Shown here: positions 23,778-38,738 of the stretch, piece after piece
Layout of the letters: every line of letters starts with the position of its first letter
How positions within the stretch are numbered: the stretch's first letter is position 1
Source: Eledone cirrhosa
Taxonomy: Eukaryota
Direction of reading: 5' to 3'
Assembly (NCBI GenBank): GCA_964016885.1
Contig: OZ024747.1
Coordinates: 32,116,001-32,180,000 of the forward strand
Length of the DNA: 64,000 bases
Position numbers and translations under genes: made by a program
Notes under the pieces: generated by a model
The model's database searches: none
Seen by the model: the letters and a program-made list of their open reading frames with translations, nothing else
What the model was told of the DNA's origin: nothing

Positions 23778-24959
23778 AAAAAAGTCAACCTGCGAACGCA
23801 GAAGTAAATATTTCAAAAACGTTGCAACCGAAGGAAGACAGGAAGACGATACTTTGGTTCATGGAAACGTTTCCTGGCAAAGAACGGGAAAAAACGAAGA
23901 TAATACTGTATTACAGCCCCACATTATACCCTAACGGATAGTATGAACTATACGCGGATATTTTACGTCTTGATGTGGTAGCTAAGTATATGTTATGTTT
24001 ATACCATTACTTATTTGTATAGGTAAGTATATATTACCTATATGTTTAGTGAAGGTACGTATACTTTCTCGTACGTATATTTGCTTGTATATGTTATGGC
24101 GTATATATTATATATACTGGTACATGTGTATTTGGTTATGTGTATACGTGAGTTTTGCGTCTGTGTGAGTATGCGGGTTCGTAAGTATGTAGGGTGTGTG
24201 TATATGTGTATTTTTTGTTTTGGTTGACGTTCGTCTGCGAACATATGTGTATTTACATGTAGGTATGTGTATGCGCGAGTTATATACGTATTTATGTGTG
24301 TATATTTATAGACGTTTATTTAATTATATGTATACATGCACACACACACACATATATATATTATATATTTTTAATATATATTTTGTGTATTTCGTGTATA
24401 CGTTCGTATGTGTGCGGGTACTGGTGTTGCGTGGGTTCTGTATGTGCGTCCATGTTTTTTTTGTGTACGTGCTTGTATTTGCATACCCATGGCGAGTGCT
24501 TTCGCGTATGCTTCTGTATGTACGTATATGGGTGCGTGTATGTATATATTTAATTTCAATTACCTTTGTATTTTATTTACTTTATTCTTATTCTTAACTC
24601 TGAAGCCGAGAATCATTCGGTTTCCTAAATAGAATTTTAGTCTACGATTTCAGTTATACCATTTACGTGGTTTTGTCTTTGCGTGTAAATGTTCTCACCG
24701 CTCCACATAATGACGCATTTTTTCTGTTCATTGCCAGATAACGTCTCCATGCCACCTAATAGAATATTAGTCTACGACTTCATTTATACCATAAACGTGG
24801 TTTTGTCTTTGCGTGTAACTGTTTTCACCGCTACAAATAATGTATTATCTTCGTTTTTTCCCGTTCTTTGCCAGGGAACGTTTCCACGAACCAAAGTATC
24901 GTCTTCCTTCGGTTGCAACGTCTTTTGAAATATTTACTTCTGCGTTCACAGACTTTTTT

Positions 24960-25010
24960 AGTTTCAGAAGATCCCGTTAAGGGTGAAAGCAGCGATTCTT
25001 TGCTTAAACT
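24960..25010 (+). ncRNA. Hammerhead-like ribozyme, CAGAAGA variant (family F)
   Basis: AGTTT-CAGAAGA-TCCCGTTAAGGGT-GAAA-GCAGCGATTCTTTGC-TT-AAACT. Confidence 0.6.
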
Positions 25011-25021
25011 TTAATCTGTTA

Positions 25022-25085
<64 letters not shown>

Positions 25086-25089
<4 letters not shown>

Positions 25090-26400
25090 GTATAGGATTA
25101 TCCTAGATGTAGTAATGGTTAATTACTACACTGGATATGATTGACGTACGGTGAGAGGTTACTCTACGAGTTATGGAAGAATTGTTGACGAAACTTAGTT
25201 GCTGATCCTTCTGTATTCCGGAGTGTATATAAAGAATGAATAATAACAGGTAGACATCATAAAAAGGTAATTTATTCCGTGTGCTTACAAATGTTTCCAC
25301 GGTGGTACTACAGCCTAGTTATGCTATGTGCAAATTTACAACTATTTGCAGAACTCCAATAGCCAATGCTGTGACCACTGTATTCTCAGAGCAGAATGTT
25401 TAAAATGTACAATGTAAATACCCTTAAGTGGGGTTGTTGGAGAAGCTAGAGTAGAAAAGGAAGAGAGAAAAGTAGGGGAGAGGGAGAGAGAGAGAAATAG
25501 GAGAGAGTGGTTTGTAGATATCTTAATCAAAATGTTATGGTAGGGGTTTTATTATACTGGTTACTTTTGGAGAGATGCGTTGATAGTTAAGGTTGGAATT
25601 ATTTATTGCCCCAGAGGGCAGGTTCATAGATGTGGAGAGGGAGGGAGGTAGGCCAAAGGCGAGAGAGAGAGAGTGTAATGGATGTAGAGAGAGAGGGATA
25701 GAGAGGGGACAGACGAATTCTACGTGGTGGGTGAACTTTGGGTTCGTAGTAGTAATCTGCGAATTGCACTGAGTTACCATTTATAGTGATAAGCAGTGTA
25801 TTGTCTTGTAGTGTGGGGGAAGAGAAGGTGGTTAGCTAGAAAGCGATGTTGTAGTTACGGGTTCGAATGTTAAGTTATTTTATAGTGAGAGAATTTAGCT
25901 TTTAGTTTGTGGTTGCAGTATAATGATCGTTCAATTCTATCCTTAAGTAGTTTGTTTTTGGATTTTAATATGTAAAAGAGTTCAAGGTTTCATAACCTAC
26001 AGTACTTCAATCCACTCCGATATGCACTTGCGCTGGAAAGTATATCCCATTTTAAGGTGAACTGTTGGTTGCGTTCACGGAGTTGCCAGGTCTTGTTGGC
26101 GAGCGTGGTCACAAAACGGTGATTAGGATGTTTGATTGAGAATCGATGACGATACCAGCGAGATTTAAACGAGGTGGTGGTAGATCCGATATAATACCAT
26201 TTCTGGTTGTTCGATTCAACCGTGCATTGGTAAACAATGTTGGACTTTAGGCATTCATTCTTCAATGGACATCTTTCAGGTAGATGGCAGTTACATTCTT
26301 TGTTGTGGGTAGCGGGTATACCATGAATAGGTTGTGATAGCAGTACAGGTGGATTGTGTAATACCCGTCTCCCATCTGTTACTAAACTATTTTGTTTTGT
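25086..26400 (-). mobile_element. 5'-truncated PLE (family J): GIY-YIG remnant, 3' UTR and pLTR
   Basis: CNCHLPERCPLKNECLKSNIVYQC..YYIGSTTTSFKSRWYRH..TTLA..W..CRL; degenerate HHR (CTGAGAA core) at 25282-25393. Confidence 0.85.
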
Positions 26401-26419
26401 TTGTGTTGTTTAATTGCTT

Positions 26420-26988
26420 TAAGTTAAGTTAAAAAACTTAAATATATGTTATGTCTTAGTACCTTTGCATCCCCCTGCATAGAACCACAAAGGTACTAAG
26501 ACATAACATATATTTGCTAGCATGGGTATACATCTGTATACATATGTTGGTAGATATACTAATTCTCCATATTTATCTCCAAATTATTTGTTGAGCGAAA
26601 CTTGCCTAAATTTACTGCTATTGTTCATGGTAGTAGTTAGGCTCTTGTCATAAATTCACCCCACTCCTCACTGATTAACCTCAGTGTCACGTGATTGATT
26701 CTTTAGAATTTACCACTGACCAAGTAGGCAGTGAATTTTTTCAGTGCCCTGGAATTTAGTCCCCGCTAGCTTTATTCCATCCACTGAACTATTATTTTTA
26801 TATGGGTTCCTAGTGTCCGCGCATTGCCTGGGAACTTAACTGAGAATAGAATCCCTAATGACGTAGGACTTCTCTATAGTTACATTACGTAACTATATTT
26901 ATTCCCTTAGAAACTAATTAGTTGGAGTGAACATTTTAGTAAGTAAGTTAATTTTTAATTTTTAAAATTTTCTTATTTTACGTCTTTC

Positions 26989-26990
<2 letters not shown>
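26420..26990 (+). mobile_element. Second, diverged family D element with a 5' snap-back
   Basis: Colinear with 19465-19973; HHR core mutated to CTAATGA at 26855; 27-bp inverted repeat at 26441-26467/26488-26514. Confidence 0.8.
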
Positions 26991-27050
<60 letters not shown>

Positions 27051-27056
<6 letters not shown>

Positions 27057-27795
27057 ATTTAGAGTTTTCACTCAGGAGTCAAATACAATTATTTAGCTCT
27101 AAGAAATATTTCTGAGCAGTACAATACAAGTTAATATAAAAAAATATGATCAACACTAATGTGTTTTTATTGCAAATTGACAATAATTTAGCCAGGTAGA
27201 AATACCTTAATTCAAATACATATAGTCTGCCTGTATCGATCTAAAAAATAATAAATCTATACTCACAGACGTATATCGGCAACTGCCCTGGTGCCTAGAC
27301 AAGTTTAAATTCCAAAATTCAAACCTTTTCAGTAGATCGGTCCGAACTTGAAAAAATAAACCTGTTTCACAAAGGATGGTATACTATTGAAATAATTAAT
27401 TAATTGTAGAATAACTATTCATGAAATAATTATTAGTGAAATAATCAATTTTCTGTGATTCTCAATAGGCACCCAGAAAAATTAGAGTTACTTCACCTAA
27501 GAGAAATATCTAAGGACTAGTTTGTCGTATGCCAAATACATGTGCTTTTGCACACGATTTTCCCCCAGCAATCTGGCTCATACTCATGGCGCTAGAAATA
27601 ACAGCCGTTTATATGGGATTACGAATTCAGCTCGACCGAAGGAGCAGATATAATATAATTTAGAGTTTTCACTCAGGAGTCAAATACGATGAGGCAGACT
27701 ATATGTATTTGAATTAAGGTATTTCTATCTGGCTAAATTATTGTCAATTTGCAATAAAAACACATTAGTGTTGATCATATTTTTTTATATTAACT

Positions 27796-27800
<5 letters not shown>
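27051..27800. mobile_element. Non-autonomous element with about 110-bp inverted repeats plus a 35-bp direct repeat
   Basis: 27123-27232 is inverted at 27692-27800; aatataatttagagttttcactcaggagtcaaatac occurs at 27051 and about 27652; (TA)n flanks. Confidence 0.7.
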
Positions 27801-27848
<48 letters not shown>

Positions 27849-27849
27849 G

Positions 27850-27883
<34 letters not shown>

Positions 27884-27885
27884 CG

Positions 27886-27917
<32 letters not shown>

Positions 27918-27919
27918 CG

Positions 27920-27977
<58 letters not shown>

Positions 27978-27983
27978 CATATT

Positions 27984-28015
<32 letters not shown>

Positions 28016-28021
28016 CATATT

Positions 28022-28054
<33 letters not shown>

Positions 28055-28315
28055 GTATTATTCCGTCTGTATAATACAGACATATAGATAAGATACATTT
28101 GCCCTAAACTTTTATAATTACGCACACTTTCTAACCATACATTTACACGTGCACATATACATATATGCACATCTATGAGCGTATATACATACACATACAC
28201 ACACCTAACTATTTTTCTTGATAGATTTTTATATATTTCAATTTCTATTTCATTTATCTATATATTTTTTTTGATTTTCTTGATGTGTTTTTTCTAAGTA
28301 TTTGCCCATGTTTTA

Positions 28316-28395
28316 TATTGCCTCGTCTGACGAACGAATGAAGTCGTTTATTTCGTATTCGCCTCATTCGGGAAACCTCTGGTAATGAGGTAATA
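28316..28395 (+). ncRNA. Type I hammerhead ribozyme (family K, 5' pLTR)
   Basis: TATTGCCTCGT-CTGACGA-aCGAATGA...TCATTCGg-GAAA-CC tct GG-TA-ATGAGGTAATA; 11-bp stem I. Confidence 0.85.
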
Positions 28396-28612
28396 ATATT
28401 GTATTGATTTTATACATTAAATTTCGCTCTGATATTTACATAGAGCACTCTTCATTTCTATGACCTTTTCTGTTTCCAACTGAAATTTCAATACTTATAA
28501 AGCTCCCAAGGGAATGATCGTAGCATATTCTACATCGTTATGAGATTGGCACCTTCCAGCCCTTTTTAAGTCGAGCACTCTTCAGTCATAGGATTTTAAA
28601 CCAATACCAAAT

Positions 28613-30750
28613 ATGGACAAATACCCTTTGGACTACTCTGTAAAGAATATCCCAACACCTTCTAACACTCTCTACACGAAAATACTGATAGACAAAGTAG
28701 AGAAGATTGTTAAAAGAATGAGATGGAAAGCTTTGATTCTCGATGGTCAATTTAACACGGATTCTACGGAATATTTTGACATCAAAACTCACAAATACCC
28801 GCAAAGAGTAAAAGATATGACCGCCTTTGAATTAAATCTAGTTAACCTTATCAACAACATCAATTTTCGTAAGTACTCTAACCCCTTTCAATCCAAATTA
28901 TCTAATGATATTTCTACTTTCAAATCTTCTAATAATAAGTTCATCTTCTCAGATAAAACTAAAAACCTATGAAGTTAATAATAATTTACACGACCAACTA
29001 TTAATAGATAATATCACCTCTAAATACCAAATAGCTAATATAAATACGTACCATAATATAAATAAGGAAGCTAAAGAATTAGCTTTTTCTTTAAAAATGA
29101 ATAATAGGACAGAAAAACTTGCTAAACGTTCTGCGTATATCACCCTTAAAGATCATAAACCCGACTTTATTAATCGCCCTAGTTGTAGATTAATCAACCC
29201 TGCTAAGACTGATATTGGTCTTGCCAGTAAAAAAATTTTAAATAAATTAAATACACACATTAGAAGTAAGTCTAAATTACTCCAATGGATAAATAGCTCT
29301 TCCGTAGTACATTGGTTTAATAATATTAAAAACAAAATCAGTTCTAGATTCACCCAATTCGATATCGTAGATTTCTACCCATCTATTACTCAGACCCTTT
29401 TAGTGAAAGCTTTAAATTTCGCTAGAGGGTTCACTAATATCTCCGATATTGAAGAGGATGTAATCTTGCATGCTAGGAATACTCTACTTTTTAATGATAA
29501 TGACACTTGGGTAAAAATATCTAACCCAGAGAACCCATTCGATGTCTCAATGGGCTCTTATGACAGTGCCGAGGTTTGTGATCTGGTCGGCCTATTCCTC
29601 TTACATACACTTAAAGAAAAATTTCCTAACCATATTTTTGGGCTTTATCGCGATGATGGTCTAATACTTTCCCATACCACCATAGGCTATAACTTAGATA
29701 GATTAAGGAAAGACTTAATAAAAACCTTTGCTAGTTTTAATCTTAAAATTACTATTGATACTAATCTTTCCAACGTAGATTTCCTAGATATAAACTTAGA
29801 TTTGCCTACTGCTTCTTATAAACCATACCATAAACCTAATGAAAACTTAAAATATATAAATAAAGGATCTTGCCATCCACCTATAGTTTTTAAAAACCTT
29901 ATCCCTAATATTAGCCGTAGGATCTCCACCCTCTCTTCATCAGAAGCTATTTTCAATAAGGCATCCCCCTACTATAATAAAGCCCTCCAAAATAGCGGCT
30001 TTAGCGAACCAATTAAATACATACCTAACTACACTAACTCTATTAAACATAAAAATAGGAAAAGAAAAATAATCTGGTTCACACCCCCCCTACTCTCTAG
30101 CAGTTAAAACTAATGTAGGCAAAAAATTCCTAGAACTCCTAGATAAACATTTCCCTAGAACATATAGATACTATAAGATCTTTAACAGAAACTGTGTTAA
30201 AATTAGCTATTCCTGCGGTCCCCCTATTAAGTCCTATATCCTCAACAAAACATCACCTAGAGAAAATCAAACTTGCTCCTGTAGAATCAAAAGTGAATGC
30301 CCATTACAAGGTAAATGCAACACCAAAGCCATTGTATATGCGGCTAATGTGACAACTATCAGCAACAACCATCCAGTCACCAGTGAACGATATGTGGGTA
30401 TGACGCAAGACAAATTCAAAACGCGTTATTACTCACATGTCGCATCCTTTCGACATCCAGAAAAAAGATTTACAACAGCTCTGGCTAGCAGAATCTGGGA
30501 TTTGAAAGACCAAGGCATCCAATATAAACTAGATTGGTCAATTTTGAACCAATCTAAAAAATATGCTAGAGGAACAAGAAAATGCACGCTCTGCATAAAT
30601 GAAAAATTTTGGATATTGCAAAATCTCAAATCACCAAAGACCTGCCTGAACACAAAGACGGAAATTTTTACCAGTTGCCCACACATGAAATCACACCTGC
30701 TTTCCAGCTCATATAAACTTAACACACTTTCAGACACTTATCCTCCATAA
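28613..30750 (+). pseudogene. PLE RT-GIY-YIG polyprotein with two frameshifts
   Basis: YSVKNIPTP, KRMRWKA, FSDKTKNL/YEV (shift at about 28968), TLKDHKPDF, CRLINPAK, FDIVDFYPSI, MGSYDSAEVCDLVG, LYRDDGL, FLDINL, PYHKP, WFTPP/YS (shift in poly-C at about 30090), CSCRIKSECPLQGKC..IVY..YVGMT..FKTRYYSH. Confidence 0.92.
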
Positions 30751-31147
30751 ACTCTGATTATTCTCTTTTTAATTACCCTTTCTGACTTACTTTCATTCTT
30801 ATCCTTGTCAATAATTTCATTTATTTTCACTTTTATTTATTTTTTTTATTTATTTTTACTTCCCCCCCCCCTTTATTCTCCGATCCACTTCCTATTTTCT
30901 ATTTTTTACTTCCCCTTCTTTTACTTCCCTTGTTCCTCTACTAACTGATTATACTTGTCTTTTGTGTTTTTCAATCCAGATATATTTTTCATTTTTATTT
31001 TTATTTTATTTTTGCGCAGCCTATCCTACAATTTTATATTTGTATTTATTTATCCACATTTCAATATGGCTGAACGCCTTAATGTGTGTATACTTTTTTT
31101 ACATATGTACATGAGTGACTACGTATGTGCGCGCGCGTGCGTGCATG

Positions 31148-31178
<31 letters not shown>

Positions 31179-32000
31179 GTACGTGTATGTATGCGTGTGT
31201 GTACTGGTGTTTGTGTGTGTGTGTGTATATTATGCGCATGTGTAAGTGTCTTTATATCCGTGTTTTTGACATTTCGGTTTTATATTTTTTTGTTTCTTTT
31301 TTCTTTTTTCTTTTTTCTTTTTTCTTTTTTCTTTTTTCTTCCCCCCCCCCTTCCCTCTTTTGTTACTTACCCAGTTTCATACATGGGCATGCAAACAGGT
31401 TTAATTGCGCGAGTATAAGTATGTGTATGTGTGTGTGTGTATGTACGTATCGAACGTATGGAAGTGTAAGTGAGCGTGTGTATATAAGCATAATTATTTT
31501 TACATTTCTTTTGTGAGACACGCGTGTCTGTGTATGTATGTACCCCCGCTTTTTTTGTTTTCTTTAATTTTTTCTTTCTATCTCGTCTTTCTAATTTATC
31601 GTTACTATATTTTTATAAATATATCGTAATAGATACTTTTCTTTTATTTATTATACTCTCTTTATCTCCTTTCTTTCCGCATCTTAGTGTATAAGTGTGC
31701 AGGCGTTTTTATGCGCGCGACTTTATTTTCTTATTTTTACGAAGTAACCATTTCCGTCTGTATAATACAGACATATAGATACATTTGCCCTAAACTTTTA
31801 TAATTACGCACACTTTCTAACCATACATTTACACGTGCACATATACATATATGCACATCTATGAGCGTATATACATACACATACACACACCTAACTATTT
31901 TTCTTGATAGATTTTTATATATTTCAATTTCTATTTCATTTATCTATATATTTTTTTTGATTTTCTTGATGTGTTTTTCCAACTATTTGCCCATGTTTTA

Positions 32001-32080
32001 TATTGCCTCGTCTGACGAACGAATAAAGTCGTTTATTTCGTATTCGCCTCATTCGGGAAACCTCTGGTAATAAGGTAATA
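32001..32080 (+). ncRNA. Type I hammerhead ribozyme (family K, 3' pLTR)
   Basis: Same motif with two substitutions. Confidence 0.8.
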
Positions 32081-32175
32081 ATATTGTATTGATTTTATAC
32101 ATTAAATTTTGCTCTGATATTTACATAGAGCACTCTTCATTTCTATGACCTTTTCTGTTTCCAACTGAAATTTCA

Positions 32176-32950
<775 letters not shown>

Positions 32951-33269
32951 TTTTTAAGGTTCTTGTTAATTTTTGATGTTAAGAGACATGGTCCCTCCGT
33001 AACTATGTGTGTTTATAATCTTTACAAATTGTTTGATATGTTTATTTTATATATAGATGTCAATCGACTTTTAATTTAATGTTAATAAATGCTCGGATTT
33101 ACTTCTTGGAATCTTTGAGCCTATTCCACAGGTGATATGGCACATGCTTCTCATATTCTCAAACATGGCATCTTTAACCTAATTTTGGTAGTATAGTCAA
33201 CCTTGATGTAATATTAGGAAAAGCACTCAACGTAATGCAATTCAACCATCTTCGTTTATGTTGAATCTT

Positions 33270-34625
<1,356 letters not shown>

Positions 34626-34630
34626 ATATA

Positions 34631-34690
<60 letters not shown>

Positions 34691-34735
34691 TAAACAAATA
34701 ATGAATAAACAATTCCTTATATTAAACAAAAAAAG

Positions 34736-34889
34736 TTCATTATTTAACGATCGTTTCTAGGATATATATGTGTTAGAGTTGGCATGCATATTCAACAGAT
34801 CTATGTACAAAATTATACAAAATTATACAAACTATCAAGATTAAATATACATACCAACACATATATACGCCGTCTTCAGAAATAATGAA
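34736..34889 (-). ncRNA. Hammerhead ribozyme with an about 110-nt stem II domain (family L)
   Basis: TTCATTATTT-CTGAAGA-cgg..TATATATGTGTTGG...CTAACACATATATA..cct a-GAAA-CGATCG-TT-AAATAATGAA; 10-bp stem I. Confidence 0.8.
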
Positions 34890-35539
34890 ATATATTTATT
34901 GATAATAACAACAATTCAAACTTTCAGGTCCGTTTGGGAACAAAATTGACCAATGAAAATACAAAAGGTTTAATGCAGTTCGGTGTGTGTATATACATGT
35001 AACAACCCTTACACATATTTTACAAAAATGTATGCACAACCTGTATACGCATACAAAAAGGATGGATGCAAATACAAAATTTCAAGGTTAATGTCTCTGT
35101 AAGTTTATAATGCACAGATAAGATGCGTATAGATACATAAATATGAAATAAGTGTATACACATATTTTCATACTAACACATATCCGTACAATCACACATA
35201 CACGCGCGTATATGCATAAACATACACATAAACTACGAACATACAAACACACACACACCCCCACTCACATATATATATGTGGATATAAAATCCTAAGCAC
35301 ATGGATATTAATTCACTCACATAAACACTGGCACACACATTTAGATAAAGATACAGAAATTAGGTGGGAGGGGGGGGGGACAGGTCAGTATTCAACGGTT
35401 TGGGCTGACTGCTTAATATAGATGTATCTATAAACTAAGAAAATAAAAAAATAAAAAATAATAAATAATAAATAAACATTAAAAAGGAAAGAAAAGAAAA
35501 AGAAAAAAGAAAAAAGAAAAAAGAAATATATCAAGAATA

Positions 35540-35619
<80 letters not shown>

Positions 35620-35769
35620 CACACACACACACACATATATATACATACACATATACAAACACATACATACATATACACACATCCACACTTAGAACATACA
35701 TACACACACATATATAAACATATACATATACACACATACATACATATACACACATACATATAAATACAC

Positions 35770-35822
<53 letters not shown>

Positions 35823-36109
35823 CACTCATACATACACATATAATCACACATACTATATAGACACACATATATATACACACATACACACACATATACATAC
35901 ACTTACATACATATATACATACAGATATACACATACATACCTATATATACACACAAATACATACAGACATATATACATACATACAGACAAATACTTATGC
36001 ATCTATATATCGGTATATACATACAAACACCACTACACTCTCACACAACTCAGACATACAAAGAAAAAGGTATATACCCATACACGTATACATATACAAA
36101 TAGAGAAAC

Positions 36110-36191
<82 letters not shown>

Positions 36192-36389
36192 ACACATACA
36201 CATACATACACATACATATATGTACACACACATAGATATATATACACACACATACACACATACACATACATATATAGTCATACACACACATACACCTACA
36301 CGAACATACACATACACATATACAAAGATATATATACACACACACACACACATACACACACACACATATATATAAAAAAAATATAATAA

Positions 36390-36434
<45 letters not shown>

Positions 36435-36761
36435 CACATACATACACACATACATAGACATATATGTACATACATATACATAGATACATACACACACATA
36501 CATACATATATATATATATACACACATAGACATATACATACATACACACACAACATACATACACACATATATACTCATACATAGAATTAGATATATAATC
36601 ATACATACATACGCACTTACATATACTCATATATACAAATACAAACGCATCCATATATGCGTATATACATAGAAACACCACTACACCCTCACCCAACTCA
36701 GACATACAAAGAAAAAGGCATATACATATACATATATACACGCATTAATAGAGATATATAT

Positions 36762-36801
<40 letters not shown>

Positions 36802-37031
36802 ACTTATATACATATACCCACACACACATACAACCATAAATACACATACAAACACCCACATATATATATATATACACATATATATATACACACACATAAA
36901 AAACAGACATGCACACATATATATTTTTTTACACATATATATACACATATATATACATATACACACCCTCACATATACACATACACATAAGTTATATTAT
37001 AATAATAAATAATATATATATATACACATAC

Positions 37032-37095
<64 letters not shown>

Positions 37096-37355
37096 GAATA
37101 TAGACATATATACACACATAGATATATATACATATATATATACACATACATATACACACACACACATATACACATTCACATATATATGTGTGTACACACA
37201 CACATATATATACATACACACATATACACATAAACACATATATGTGTATACATGCACACACACACATATATCCACATAGATACGAAGATAGACATATAAA
37301 TAGAGAGACATACATATATATACACACACACATATACATACATACATACACACAC

Positions 37356-37404
<49 letters not shown>

Positions 37405-38738
37405 CAGACATACACATACACATATATATACACATGCATATATACACATATACACATACATACACACATATATATATACACACACAATCATACATTCTTA
37501 TTTGCATGCGCATATATGTATTTTTATATTCAGATATAAATACCCAAATATATATACACCTACCTACATATATATTCATACATACACGCTTACAAACACA
37601 GATGATAATAGTATGGGGGAAAGGGGGGGGGGGGGTTGGAGAAGGGGATTATAGTAAATATATGTTTCAAGAAACATAGAATATTATCCATATCTAGATC
37701 CAATGTATGTTTTTACATAGTATCAGTGTTAGGAAATACAATAAACACGAAATAAGGCAAAATTTATGCATTTCAAAATAAATAAGTATACCATTAATTA
37801 TATGTTAACTAAACTAAAGATAGTTAACATATTGATTTCTAAGGTGTAAATTAGTTAGGTTTATAATATTTGAAGCAGAATTTTGAAGTTAAATAGTAGT
37901 AGAGTATTAATTATAGTATAACTAAATTAAAGTTAATAACTTTATGGTATCAATATTAGGAAATGAATTTAGTAATAGGGAAAAAACAAATAAAGTATTA
38001 CATCGGTAGTAGAATATAAAATAAAATATAAAATATAGGTTAATTAAATTAAAAATTATATATTTATTTCTATAGTATATGTTAATTAGGTATATAATAA
38101 ATAAAACAGATATTGTATTTTATCAATAGCAGAATATAATTATATGCAAATAGAAATCAAAATTAATACATATACATATACATATACATACACATATATA
38201 TATACATATATATACATATATATATACATATATACACATATACATACGCACACACATACACATACACATATACATATACATATTTTTTCAAAAATTGCAA
38301 AGAATATATTAACTAGGTATAAATCCAAAACACACCCCATTCTATGATTAGATGACATTCTGCAATTCGTCTGTATAAGGATATTAATTTTAAGCCAATT
38401 AAATTAAATTTTTAGGTTGATTAAAATTAAAACCAAATTATAAATATATTTCTAAAATGTATATTAATTAGGTCTATAATACTAAAAATTATTTCTCTGT
38501 CATTGGATACACGATATTTTGTTATATTTTATCTGTAAAAGAATTATAATAAAAGGTTTAAATAAATTAAAATTAATCTATAAATTAAATTACTAAGTAT
38601 ATATTAGTAATATTTAAAGGTTTTTCACAATTTATGATTACATAATATTTTATATTCTCATCTGTAATAGAATTTTAATTAAATTAAATTTATAGGTTAA
38701 CTAACATTTAAATTAAATTAATTTCTAAAATAATGTTA

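Larger units (their letters stand above)
23612..25028 (+). mobile_element. ORF-less PLE-type element (family F) with an inverted 5' pLTR
   Basis: About 23707-23906 is the reverse complement of about 24840-25028; (TA)n on both sides; internal repeat of about 130 bp at 24630-24840. Confidence 0.8.

Noticed and set aside
28960-28972. TGA ending the first PLE ORF as a possible selenocysteine codon (some Naiad PLEs encode Sec)
   Set aside because: Homology continues in a different frame (DKTKNL-Y-EV), so it is a 2-nt deletion, not read-through. No in-frame TGA was seen at Cys positions in the PLE ORFs I read.
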